The notes beneath the pieces are model-generated. The model saw only the letters and a program-made list of their open reading frames with translations. It was not told where the DNA came from and did no database searches. This document shows positions 30,568 through 39,792 of a DNA stretch of 64,000 nt, one piece after another (position 1 is the stretch's first letter; each line of letters begins with the position of its first letter). The stretch comes from Halarcobacter sp. Lineage in GTDB: Bacteria > Campylobacterota > Campylobacteria > Campylobacterales > Arcobacteraceae. The position numbers and the translations under genes are program-made. Location of the stretch: assembly GCA_048571215.1 (NCBI GenBank), contig CP182352.1, positions 2,240,001-2,304,000 on the forward strand, read 5' to 3'.

Positions 30568-32397
30568 ATGTTAAAAAACAATTATATAAAAATCAAAAGG
30601 AAATTTATGAATTTCAATTATATAAAAAAAATATTATTCATACTTTTTATACCCCTATTTCTATTTTCACAAGATATAACAGATAAGGAAACTTCATCAC
30701 AAAAAAGTGTGGATGAGCACTTAGATGAACAAGTAGTTGTTGCAAATGAAGTAGTTAAAAATATAAATAAAAATAAATATTTGCAAGAGAACAAAATAAA
30801 AAAAATAAATGATGAAATAAACTACTTTGAAAATAGAATTTCATTAAACAAAAAAGAGGGTTATGCACTAGCAGTTAAAAGAGATGAATTAAAAGTTTTA
30901 CTTCTAAAAGAAAAAAAAGTTTTCAATTCAACATTAGAAAAAATCACTCAAGGTAAAAAGTCTTATAAAGATCAAGAGTATTTTAAAGAGGTTCTAAATA
31001 AAAATATAAAAAGCTTGGAAGACAACTCTTGGATAAACTATAGAAAAGATTTTTTAGAACAAAAAGATAGTAAAGGAGAGATATCAAAAGAGTTTGTTCA
31101 AAACTACAAAGATTTGATAGAACAAAATAGCCAACAACTATTTACCCTTAAATATTTACTTTCAAATATAAGTTTATATAGACATACAAATTTTTTTATA
31201 GACCAATTTAATATCCAAAGTCTAATTGCTTCAATAGACTCTTTAGAATATATCTCTACTCTTTCAGATTTCACCTCATACCATTTTAAATTTTCAATTG
31301 GTGAGATTATTGTTGTGATTTTAATCATGGTATTTTTTAGACTTTTAAATACAAAAATCATTACGCTTCTTTCAACTTTATTAGCAAAATATACTTTTAA
31401 AAATAGTGATGAAGATTTTGAAAAATACTTAAGAAAATCTATACAAAGACCTCTTGTCTTAGCTTTATATACTCTATCCGTACATATATCTATTATGATT
31501 TTAGTAAAAGACATAAAAATTATAGACAATATAATTCCTTGGATAAACACCTTATATTTAGCTTTATTTACTTGGGCAATATATTCTTTTTTGACAAACA
31601 GTATTACAAACTTTGCTCAAAGCTTAGTTGAGAGATATCCAAATGTTAGAAGGGAAATGATTGTCTTTATTTTAAGGATTACAAAAATTGTATTAATCAT
31701 ACTAGTAATTTTATTCCTATTTTCTCAATTAGGTTTAGATATAAAAGCAATTGCTGCATCACTAGGAGTTGGTGGTATTGCTATAGCTTTAGCTTCAAAA
31801 GATACCTTAGCTAACTTTTTTGGTTCGCTAAATATTATGACTGATAACTCATTTTCACAAGGGGATTGGATAAAAACTGATACAATTGAAGGAACTGTAG
31901 TAGATATTAGAATGAGAACAACAAGAATTAGAACCTTTGATAATGCAATGATTACAGTTCCTAACTCTGAACTTGCAAATGCTCATATTCAAAACTATTC
32001 AAAAAGAAAAATTGGTAGAAGAATAAAAATGAAAATAGGAATAACCTACGAATCTAAAATGAGTGATATAATAAATTTAAAAAATGATATCTATGAAATG
32101 ATACATGATCACCCAGATATTGCAACAGAAAGAAATGCTATTTTAAATGTAACAAAAAAATTTGAAGCTATTAAAAGGGAGGATTTACAAGGGGTTAAAA
32201 GAACACTTTTAGTATTTATTGATGAATACGATAATAGTTCAATAAATATCTTAGTTTATTGTTTCTCAAGAAGTCCTGATTGGGATAAATGGCTTGAAGT
32301 AAAAGAAGATGTAATCATAAAAATAAGTGAATTGGTTCATAAAAATAATTGTGAATTTGCATATCCAACACAAACCTTACATTTAAAAAATAGTTAA
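30568..32397 (+). CDS. MscS-family mechanosensitive channel with a large periplasmic N-terminal domain
   Basis: GVGGIAIALASKDTLANFFG, GDWI, GTVVDIRMRTTRIRTFD, FAYPTQTL; real start probably MNFNY. Confidence 0.9.
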   Translation: MLKNNYIKIKRKFMNFNYIKKILFILFIPLFLFSQDITDKETSSQKSVDEHLDEQVVVANEVVKNINKNKYLQENKIKKINDEINYFENRISLNKKEGYALAVKRDELKVLLLKEKKVFNSTLEKITQGKKSYKDQEYFKEVLNKNIKSLEDNSWINYRKDFLEQKDSKGEISKEFVQNYKDLIEQNSQQLFTLKYLLSNISLYRHTNFFIDQFNIQSLIASIDSLEYISTLSDFTSYHFKFSIGEIIVVILIMVFFRLLNTKIITLLSTLLAKYTFKNSDEDFEKYLRKSIQRPLVLALYTLSVHISIMILVKDIKIIDNIIPWINTLYLALFTWAIYSFLTNSITNFAQSLVERYPNVRREMIVFILRITKIVLIILVILFLFSQLGLDIKAIAASLGVGGIAIALASKDTLANFFGSLNIMTDNSFSQGDWIKTDTIEGTVVDIRMRTTRIRTFDNAMITVPNSELANAHIQNYSKRKIGRRIKMKIGITYESKMSDIINLKNDIYEMIHDHPDIATERNAILNVTKKFEAIKREDLQGVKRTLLVFIDEYDNSSINILVYCFSRSPDWDKWLEVKEDVIIKISELVHKNNCEFAYPTQTLHLKNS

Positions 32398-32495
32398 ATC
32401 CCAACTATTCATTGATATAACAATAAGTTTGTGTATAAAGGGAAAATATAGAAAAATATAGTAAACTTTATAAAACTATGAATTAAGGATTTAAA

Positions 32496-32660
32496 ATAAA
32501 ACTAGAACCTTGTAGAAACTGTAAAAGTGAAATTGAACCAAAAAAAAGTAGGTGTCCATATTGTGGAACATTAAACCCTACAATTAAAATAAAAGAGATA
32601 TTTGTAGGGATTTTTTTTGTTTTAGCTGTAATGACAGCAGTAAGCTATTTTGTAAACTAA
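32496..32660 (+). CDS. 54-aa zinc-ribbon + TM microprotein with an ATA start; not in the ORF track
   Basis: (M)KLEPCRNCKSEIEPKKSRCPYCGTLNPTIKIKEIFVGIFFVLAVMTAVSYFVN*; AAGGA at 32485-32489 lies 6 nt before the ATA. Confidence 0.7.
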   Translation: MKLEPCRNCKSEIEPKKSRCPYCGTLNPTIKIKEIFVGIFFVLAVMTAVSYFVN

Positions 32661-33193
32661 GCTCTTTTTCTTATTACACCAATCAAAAAGCCCAAACCTA
32701 AACCTATAAAGTGTGAATACCAAGCGATTGGTAAGCCTAAAAGTAGTGGTGCTACGGAGATAATTAATATCCAAGTGATTATCCCTTTTCTTTGTACCTT
32801 ATCAAAATATGCAAAATACCCTAAAAGTACACAAATAGCTCCAGAAGCTCCCACTAGGTTTACTTGAGGGTCAAGATAATAAATATACGCAAAACTTAAA
32901 AGTGAAGTTAAGAGTCCCCCAATAAAATATACTATAAGAAACTCTTTTTTACCTCTATATTGTTCTATTGGGTTACCAAACTGATATAAAACAAACATAT
33001 TCATAGCCAAATGCCCTATTCCACCATGGGCAAACATAGTAGTTAGGGGTTGCCAAAAAAAATCTTCTCTTGTAAAGTAGATATTTAATCCCAAATAATA
33101 TCCACCATATTGCATATTAATCTGAACTAAATACATTATTATCGTAATAACAATCACAATATTTGTTACAGTTAAATCTTTAGTTTTTAACAT
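32657..33193 (-). CDS. Rhomboid intramembrane serine protease
   Basis: FAHGGIGHLAMN, VGASG, SHFIG. Confidence 0.92.
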   Translation of the reverse strand: MLKTKDLTVTNIVIVITIIMYLVQINMQYGGYYLGLNIYFTREDFFWQPLTTMFAHGGIGHLAMNMFVLYQFGNPIEQYRGKKEFLIVYFIGGLLTSLLSFAYIYYLDPQVNLVGASGAICVLLGYFAYFDKVQRKGIITWILIISVAPLLLGLPIAWYSHFIGLGLGFLIGVIRKRA

Positions 33194-33755
33194 AATTTTT
33201 AAACACCTTTATAGAACAATCAATTCTGTCTTTGATTGCATTTGTATACATAAACTGAAAATCAGTATATACCCTAAAAATCTCTGTAGAATTTATCTTA
33301 AAAGAGGTCATAACAGAACCTGCGTTTAGTTTACATTCTTCATTTTTCTTGTTTGGGTCTTTTTTGTCATTTTCTATTATCTCATATTTTATCTTCAAAA
33401 ACTTTTCTAAATCATTTTTAGGTTTTACACCTAAGGAATCAATATAAAAACCATCTAACTCATCCAAGGATACTATGTTTTCAATATTTGATTTCATATG
33501 TACAGCTTTTAAATATGAACCTTCTAGTTTATAATATCCTTTTTCAATAGCATTGATAGATTTTTTTAGAAGTTTTTCATTAAAAACTTTTGAGTATGTA
33601 TAACTTTGTTTTTCACAGGCTAGTTTTTTTATGGAATCTGTTTGTTTTTCAGAAATAAAATTTGTGTACAAAATAAGAACACAAGAGATTATTACTATAG
33701 AAGCAAGAGTAAAAAAATTATTAATAATTAAACTATCTCTTGCTCTTTTTCTCAT
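33180..33755 (-). CDS. Membrane-anchored hypothetical protein
   Basis: One N-terminal TM helix; sits between lon and the rhomboid gene in an apparent operon. Confidence 0.7.
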   Translation of the reverse strand: MRKRARDSLIINNFFTLASIVIISCVLILYTNFISEKQTDSIKKLACEKQSYTYSKVFNEKLLKKSINAIEKGYYKLEGSYLKAVHMKSNIENIVSLDELDGFYIDSLGVKPKNDLEKFLKIKYEIIENDKKDPNKKNEECKLNAGSVMTSFKINSTEIFRVYTDFQFMYTNAIKDRIDCSIKVFKNYVKN

Positions 33756-33764
33756 CTTATTATT

Positions 33765-36182
33765 CTAAACTAAAGCCTCTTTTAAAACATCATCTATTGT
33801 ATCAACAGCTTTTATCTCCATAGCTTCTTTTACCTCTGAAGGGATATCATCTAAATCCCTTTGGAAATTTTTTCTAGGGATTAGGGCTAATTTCATTTTA
33901 GCCTTATATGCAGCTATTAGTTTCTCTTTTAATCCACCAATAGGAAGCACTTTTCCAGTAAGTGTAAGTTCACCTGTCATTGCCACATCTGATTTAACTT
34001 CCCTTTCACTTAAAAGTGAAGCTAAAGTTGTAGCCATAGTTATCCCTGCACTTGGTCCATCTTTTGGAGTTGCACCTTCTGGTATATGAAGATGGATGTC
34101 ATATCTTTTATATACCTCACTTGGATCTACCTTTGATTTTTCTTCTAACTCTTTTGGAAGTTTTGGAATAATATCTTGAGCAATTCTAAGCTTTTTGTTA
34201 TCGATTAGTAGTTTTACAACTGAGTATGAGATTCTTGATGATTCTTTCATCACATCTCCCATATTACCAGTTACATTTAAAATTCCTTTACCTCTAAGTT
34301 TTATTGCTTCAATCTTAAGTACATCACCACCCACTGCTGTCCAAGCTAAACCATTAGTTAAACCAATTGAGTTTTTCTTATCTGCTGGGTCTATTTCAAA
34401 AATTGGATTATCTAAAAACTCTTTTATGTTTTTAGTATTTATTGATACTTTTTTCAAATCTGGATTTTTAAGAAGTTTTTTTACTGCTTTTCTAAATAGT
34501 TTTGCGAATACTCTTCTTAAGTTTCTAACTCCAGCTTCCCTTGTATATTTTGAAATAATTAACTCAATTGTTGTTTTAGATAAAACTATTTCACTTCTTT
34601 TTAAACCATGTTTTGCCAACTCTTGAGGGATAAGATAATCTTTTGCAATATGATATTTCTCATTTGGAGTATATGAAGACATCTCTATAAACTCCATTCT
34701 ATCTCTAAGTGGAGCTGGTATTCTTCTTACATCATTTGCTGTTGCAACAAAAATACATTGAGATAAATCAATCGCAAAATTTAAATAAAGATCTCTAAAC
34801 TCATTGTTTTGTTCTGGGTCAAGAACTTCTAACATAACAGCAGTAGGATCTCCTCTATTATTTGCACCTAGTTTATCAATCTCATCTAAAACCATAACAG
34901 GATTCATACTTTTTGCATCAGTTAATCCTTTTACAATTCTACCAGGCATAGCTCCAACATATGTTCTTCTGTGACCTCTTAGCTCATTTACATCTTCCAT
35001 CCCACCTAATGCAATTCTAATAAGTGGTCTTTTAAGTGCTTTTGAAATAGAGTTTGCAAGTGAAGTTTTTCCAACCCCAGGAGGTCCAACAAAACATAAA
35101 ACTGTACCTTTAGATTTTAAATCATCAATCTTTCTAATCTCTAACATCTCTTTTACTGCAAAATACTCAGAGATTCTCTCTTTTGGCTCTTCTAAAGAGT
35201 AATGATCTTTATCTAATTGCTCTTCAACATTTTTTACGGAAATTTTTTCGTTTGAATATTGACCAAAAGGTATCTCTAAAACATTTTCAATATATGTTTG
35301 CAATAAAGAACTATCAGGTGAATCTTGGTGCATTCTACTTAATTTATCTATTTGTTTTTTTGTCTCTTTGAAACCATCTTTTGGCATAAAAGGTTTAAGA
35401 TTTTTAAGCCTTCTTTTGTATGCTTTTATCTCACTTTCTTTTTGATTATCACTTCCTAACTCTTTTTGGATAGCTTTAATCTGCTCTTTTAGAAAATAAT
35501 CTTTATGGGTTTTTTCTATTTTTGAGTTAACCTTTTGAGTAATCTCTTTTTGGATTCTTAAACTTTCAATCTCTTTTTTAATTGTTTCTATTATCTCTAA
35601 AAGTCTTATTTCAACATTTGTTTGAGAAAATAGATGATAGGCTTCCTCTTTTTTGATTCTTAAAACAGAAGAGATAAGATCAGCAATTCTTGTTGCATCA
35701 TCATTCTCTTCTATTGTTTTGATTAAATCAGCAGGAAATTTTGAGTTTACTCTTGATAGTTTTTTTACCTGTTCTCTTAAAACATCTATTATTGAATCAA
35801 CACTTTCTTTTGAGTACTCTTCTTGACCTAATTTATCAACTTGAGCAAATATTGGATTTTCAGGATCGAATTTTTCAATTTTCCCCTTAGCCAAACCTTG
35901 AAATAATACTTTAATTTTACCATCAGGTAGTGTTACTTTTCTCATAATATTACCAATAACACCTACATCATAAAAGCCATCTTTTTCTCTTTTGCCTTCA
36001 AACCCAGGTTTACTTACTGTAACAATTACAAGTTTATTATTATCAATAGCATCTTCAACTGCTTTTATATTATCTTCAATTCCCAAGAATAAAGGTGCAA
36101 TCATAAAAGGGTATAAAAATATATCATCCTCTATTACTAATGGTATCTCTTGTGGAAAAGAGTCATAATTTTCTAATTCCAT
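33765..36182 (-). CDS. lon: ATP-dependent Lon protease
   Basis: GPPGVGKTS, LDEIDK, HRRTYVGAMPG, PKDGPSAG. Confidence 0.98.
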   Translation of the reverse strand: MELENYDSFPQEIPLVIEDDIFLYPFMIAPLFLGIEDNIKAVEDAIDNNKLVIVTVSKPGFEGKREKDGFYDVGVIGNIMRKVTLPDGKIKVLFQGLAKGKIEKFDPENPIFAQVDKLGQEEYSKESVDSIIDVLREQVKKLSRVNSKFPADLIKTIEENDDATRIADLISSVLRIKKEEAYHLFSQTNVEIRLLEIIETIKKEIESLRIQKEITQKVNSKIEKTHKDYFLKEQIKAIQKELGSDNQKESEIKAYKRRLKNLKPFMPKDGFKETKKQIDKLSRMHQDSPDSSLLQTYIENVLEIPFGQYSNEKISVKNVEEQLDKDHYSLEEPKERISEYFAVKEMLEIRKIDDLKSKGTVLCFVGPPGVGKTSLANSISKALKRPLIRIALGGMEDVNELRGHRRTYVGAMPGRIVKGLTDAKSMNPVMVLDEIDKLGANNRGDPTAVMLEVLDPEQNNEFRDLYLNFAIDLSQCIFVATANDVRRIPAPLRDRMEFIEMSSYTPNEKYHIAKDYLIPQELAKHGLKRSEIVLSKTTIELIISKYTREAGVRNLRRVFAKLFRKAVKKLLKNPDLKKVSINTKNIKEFLDNPIFEIDPADKKNSIGLTNGLAWTAVGGDVLKIEAIKLRGKGILNVTGNMGDVMKESSRISYSVVKLLIDNKKLRIAQDIIPKLPKELEEKSKVDPSEVYKRYDIHLHIPEGATPKDGPSAGITMATTLASLLSEREVKSDVAMTGELTLTGKVLPIGGLKEKLIAAYKAKMKLALIPRKNFQRDLDDIPSEVKEAMEIKAVDTIDDVLKEALV

Positions 36183-36228
36183 AGTATTCTAACTCCTATA
36201 TAATTTTTAAATTTTTTAAAATAGATAT

Positions 36229-36888
36229 TTATTGAAAAATAGATCTATACAAAGGAACATCAACAGGTTCAATCTCTTTTGGTTCAATCCAGCTTTTTTC
36301 AACTTTTTTATTATAATACTCAGCTGCTTTTGGTTTATCAATTCTTTTATATAAATCAGCTATCTCTTTATCTAAGGCAGCTTTTGCCATAAAAAGTCTT
36401 GAACTCATTGTATCTACCAAAGGCATGTATGGAGAGTTTGGAAAAGATTCTTTAAAAACTTCTATATCTTTTATAGTATTTTCAACTAACATTTGATCTC
36501 TTAGTTCATAAGAAAACCCTAAAAAATTTGCTTTGATTTTAAGATATCTTACATAATCAATATTTTTACTATATGCGTATCTTTTTATATATTCATCTAA
36601 ATAAAAGTTTGCCAATAAATACTCTTCTTCATCTATATGTCCATTTGCCAGAATAAGTAATGCAGTTGGTAAAAGTGGAGAATTTCTATGCTCACTTTCT
36701 AATGAAGTATAGGTATCATCAGCCTCTTCTAAATAACCAGTTGATATTTGACTTACCATTTTGTTATACCAATAAAGCGCAGGTTTATCATACTCTTGAA
36801 ATCTCTGTTTCTTCTCAGAACAAGCAGTAAATAAAAATGCAATTACAAAGATTATTGCAATATTTTTAAGCTTTAAAATATTTAACAT
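36229..36888 (-). CDS. bamD: Outer membrane protein assembly factor BamD (lipoprotein)
   Basis: Lipobox FTAC; TPR helices; FPNSPY, IADLYKR. Confidence 0.88.
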   Translation of the reverse strand: MLNILKLKNIAIIFVIAFLFTACSEKKQRFQEYDKPALYWYNKMVSQISTGYLEEADDTYTSLESEHRNSPLLPTALLILANGHIDEEEYLLANFYLDEYIKRYAYSKNIDYVRYLKIKANFLGFSYELRDQMLVENTIKDIEVFKESFPNSPYMPLVDTMSSRLFMAKAALDKEIADLYKRIDKPKAAEYYNKKVEKSWIEPKEIEPVDVPLYRSIFQ

Positions 36889-37012
36889 TTGAATATTCCT
36901 TTTTCATAAAGTAAGTATTTTAACTAATAAAACCTTGGTACTGACTTACCTTTAGGGGTTTTTTTTATGATTAGTTGTTATAATATAAAAAATAATTTAC
37001 AAAGGTTGATAA

Positions 37013-37777
37013 ATGAAACTAACATTAATAGGAAATGGCTTTATGGCACAAGCTTTAGCCAAAGGTCTAATAGAAAATTTTGAAGTTGAGATTATTGGAA
37101 GAGATATTAATAAATTAAATAAAATTAAAGAGATGATTCCTAAAATAGAAGTAAAAACCTTAGATGATATTGAAAATATAGATAATAAAAATATTCTTTT
37201 TTGTGTAAAACCATATGCTCTACAAAGTGTTGCAGTTAGACTTCAAGGGGAGGCAAATATGCTTATCTCTATTTTAGCAGGAACAACACTTGATAGCCTA
37301 AGAAAACAGATAAAAGCCAAATATTATATAAGAAGTATGCCAAATGTAGCAGCATCTGTTTCTAAATCAACTACCACAATAACAGGTGATAATGAAGCAA
37401 AAAATCTAGCAGTGGAGATATTTAATTTTATTGGAAAATCTATTTGGGTAAACACTGAAAAACAACTTGATATCGCAACTGCAGTTGCAGGAAGTGGACC
37501 TGCATTTTTAGCACTGGTTGCAGAAAGTTTAAGTGATGGGGCAGTTAAAGCTGGACTTGAAAGAAAAATAAGTAATGACTTAGTACAAGGACTTTTTGAA
37601 GGCTTTGCACAACTATTGAAAAATAACCACCCAGCTATAATAAAAGACTCTGTTATGAGCCCAGGGGGAACAACAGCAGCAGGTGTAGCTAAACTTGAAG
37701 AGGGTGCAGTTAGAGACTCTATGAATAAAGCTGTAAATAGTGCCTATGAAAAAGCATGTGAGCTTGGGAAAAAATAG
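37013..37777 (+). CDS. proC: Pyrroline-5-carboxylate reductase
   Basis: IGNGFM, CVKP, RSMPN, GSGPAF, VMSPGGTT. Confidence 0.96.
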   Translation: MKLTLIGNGFMAQALAKGLIENFEVEIIGRDINKLNKIKEMIPKIEVKTLDDIENIDNKNILFCVKPYALQSVAVRLQGEANMLISILAGTTLDSLRKQIKAKYYIRSMPNVAASVSKSTTTITGDNEAKNLAVEIFNFIGKSIWVNTEKQLDIATAVAGSGPAFLALVAESLSDGAVKAGLERKISNDLVQGLFEGFAQLLKNNHPAIIKDSVMSPGGTTAAGVAKLEEGAVRDSMNKAVNSAYEKACELGKK

Positions 37778-38051
37778 TTTCTCACTATTAGAAACTATAG
37801 TTAGTATTTTTTTACTCTCAATAATCATAATAGGATTTAGTAGATATTCCTATTATGATAATTTTGATGAAGAGTTTATGAAATTAAACTCAATCGAAAA
37901 TGCCTTTACCTCAAAAAACTACAATAAAAATTTTCTCACTTCACAAGTCTCTATACAAATAATAAAAAACAAAAAAGATATAGAGATAAAAAATGTAAAA
38001 AAACTTAACTATAATGATAAAAAAATAAAAGTGTTTAAGTATGAATTATAA
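37740..38051 (+). CDS. Prepilin/pseudopilin-like protein
   Basis: KNSFSLLETIVSIFLL type IV N-terminal motif; real start probably GTG 37758 or TTG 37764. Confidence 0.65.
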   Translation: MPMKKHVSLGKNSFSLLETIVSIFLLSIIIIGFSRYSYYDNFDEEFMKLNSIENAFTSKNYNKNFLTSQVSIQIIKNKKDIEIKNVKKLNYNDKKIKVFKYEL

Positions 38052-38391
38052 AAACTCTTTTACCCTACTAGAAATAATTGTTGTAATCTTTATTGGTTCT
38101 ATTTTTTTTATTTACACCTTTATTTTTACAAAAAATATATATGAAGTAAACAATCAAAATAAAAAAACTGCTATTTTAAAAATAGATTTAAATTCAACAA
38201 AAATAATCCTACAAAAAAATATTAATCTAACAAAAAATAAACTTATTTATAAAAATAACTCTTTATATTTAGATGATAAACTATTATTAGAAAATGTTAC
38301 TTCCTTCTCAAAAAAGATAGATTCTAAATATATACATATAGATATTACACTTGAAGAGAAAATTAAACAAAAATGGATTTTAAAGTTATGA
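38041..38391 (+). CDS. Prepilin/pseudopilin-like protein
   Basis: KNSFTLLEIIVVIFI. Confidence 0.7.
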   Translation: MNYKNSFTLLEIIVVIFIGSIFFIYTFIFTKNIYEVNNQNKKTAILKIDLNSTKIILQKNINLTKNKLIYKNNSLYLDDKLLLENVTSFSKKIDSKYIHIDITLEEKIKQKWILKL

Positions 38392-38729
38392 GAAAAAATT
38401 CATTTATCCTTCTTACAACCTTGATTCTAATCTTTATTTTTTCTTTTTTAATAATAAATATATTTGAAGTAAAAAGTTTAAACTCTCAAAATATAAACAA
38501 TCAATATAGATTTATCCAAGCAAAAAATCATCTTAATTTTTTGCAAGATTATATCAAGTCTTTAACTACCTTGAAACTACTTGATACAATATCAATAAAA
38601 GATGACAAATATAATATTTATGCAACTATTGAAAAAAAAGAAGAAAATTATGAGATAGATATCTATGTAAAAGCAAAAGATTTTAATATAAGTTTACATA
38701 AAAAAATATTTAGAAAAAAAGAGAGTTAA
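38373..38729 (+). CDS. Pseudopilin-like protein (GspK/PilX-type N-terminus without Glu5)
   Basis: MRKNSFILLTTLILIFIFS...QAKN. Confidence 0.55.
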   Translation: MDFKVMRKNSFILLTTLILIFIFSFLIINIFEVKSLNSQNINNQYRFIQAKNHLNFLQDYIKSLTTLKLLDTISIKDDKYNIYATIEKKEENYEIDIYVKAKDFNISLHKKIFRKKES

Positions 38730-38739
38730 ATTCCCTTTT

Positions 38740-39342
38740 TTATAAAATCACATCCAAGACTTTTTTAGCTAAATTTAAAGCCTTTGTTCTATGGGAAAAC
38801 TCTTTTTTAACTTTAAAATCTAGTTCTCCTAAGGTTTTTTCATATCCATTTGGTATAAACATAGGATCATAACCAAAACCACCATCTCCTAGCTCTTTTG
38901 CAATCACCTCTCCATGCATCCAACCATGGACTGTATAAACTTCATCATCAAATACTATAGCTATACAAGCAGTATAATATGCCTTTGTTTTTTCTAAATT
39001 TTTCTCTTTTAGTTTTGAAATTAGTTTTGCGTTATTATCTTTGTCACTGGCATTTTCTCCTGCATACCTTGCTGAGTAAATACCAGGTTCATTATTAAGA
39101 GCAGGTACAGTTATACCACTATCATCGGATATCACTACAAATTTTTCTTCTAAATTTAATTTTTTAATTTGATTATAAATATTTTGAGCTTTTTTTACAG
39201 CATTTCCTTTAAAACTATCTTTATCCTCAACAACTTCAAACTCTCCAATTAACTCTTTAAAGGTTACAATATTATCATCTGGCATAAGTTTTTTAAACTC
39301 TTCAATTTTGCCTTTATTAGCTGTTGCTAAAACTATTTTCAC
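38740..39342 (-). CDS. rdgB: Non-canonical purine NTP pyrophosphatase (RdgB/HAM1)
   Basis: LATANKGKIEE, SDDSG, PGIYSARY, GFGYDPMF, SHR. Confidence 0.96.
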   Translation of the reverse strand: MKIVLATANKGKIEEFKKLMPDDNIVTFKELIGEFEVVEDKDSFKGNAVKKAQNIYNQIKKLNLEEKFVVISDDSGITVPALNNEPGIYSARYAGENASDKDNNAKLISKLKEKNLEKTKAYYTACIAIVFDDEVYTVHGWMHGEVIAKELGDGGFGYDPMFIPNGYEKTLGELDFKVKKEFSHRTKALNLAKKVLDVIL

Positions 39343-39792
39343 AATCTATCCTTTATACTTTTTACCATTTCCAAAACCTTGAGTTGAATTTATATTAACT
39401 CTAACATTTTTTATCGGGCATTTTAATTAAATCTACTTTAAGTATTATTTATTTTTTAATTCAAGAAGATATTATTTTGTAAATCTTTATAAATATAATT
39501 ATACATACTAATCAAATCTTATTTAAAATCAAAAGAAGAAAAACATAAAGTTGATATTAATGTAAAATCAGATTTATTATTAATAACAGATGATTTAATT
39601 GATGACTATGTAATTTATGAATTGTTAGATGTTGAATTAGGTGATGATGTAACTTATTATGAAAAATGGAAAATTTATATATTAAATTTTTTTACTAGAA
39701 TTAGAAGTTTTAATTTATTTATATACCAATCTAAGTTCTTTTAAGATACGCTATACTTCTTAGATTATTAAAGATAAAATGAGAAATAAATT

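Noticed and set aside
18109..32400. Possible island integrated at tRNA-Leu(GAG)
   Set aside because: I found no integrase and no duplicated tRNA 3' end downstream
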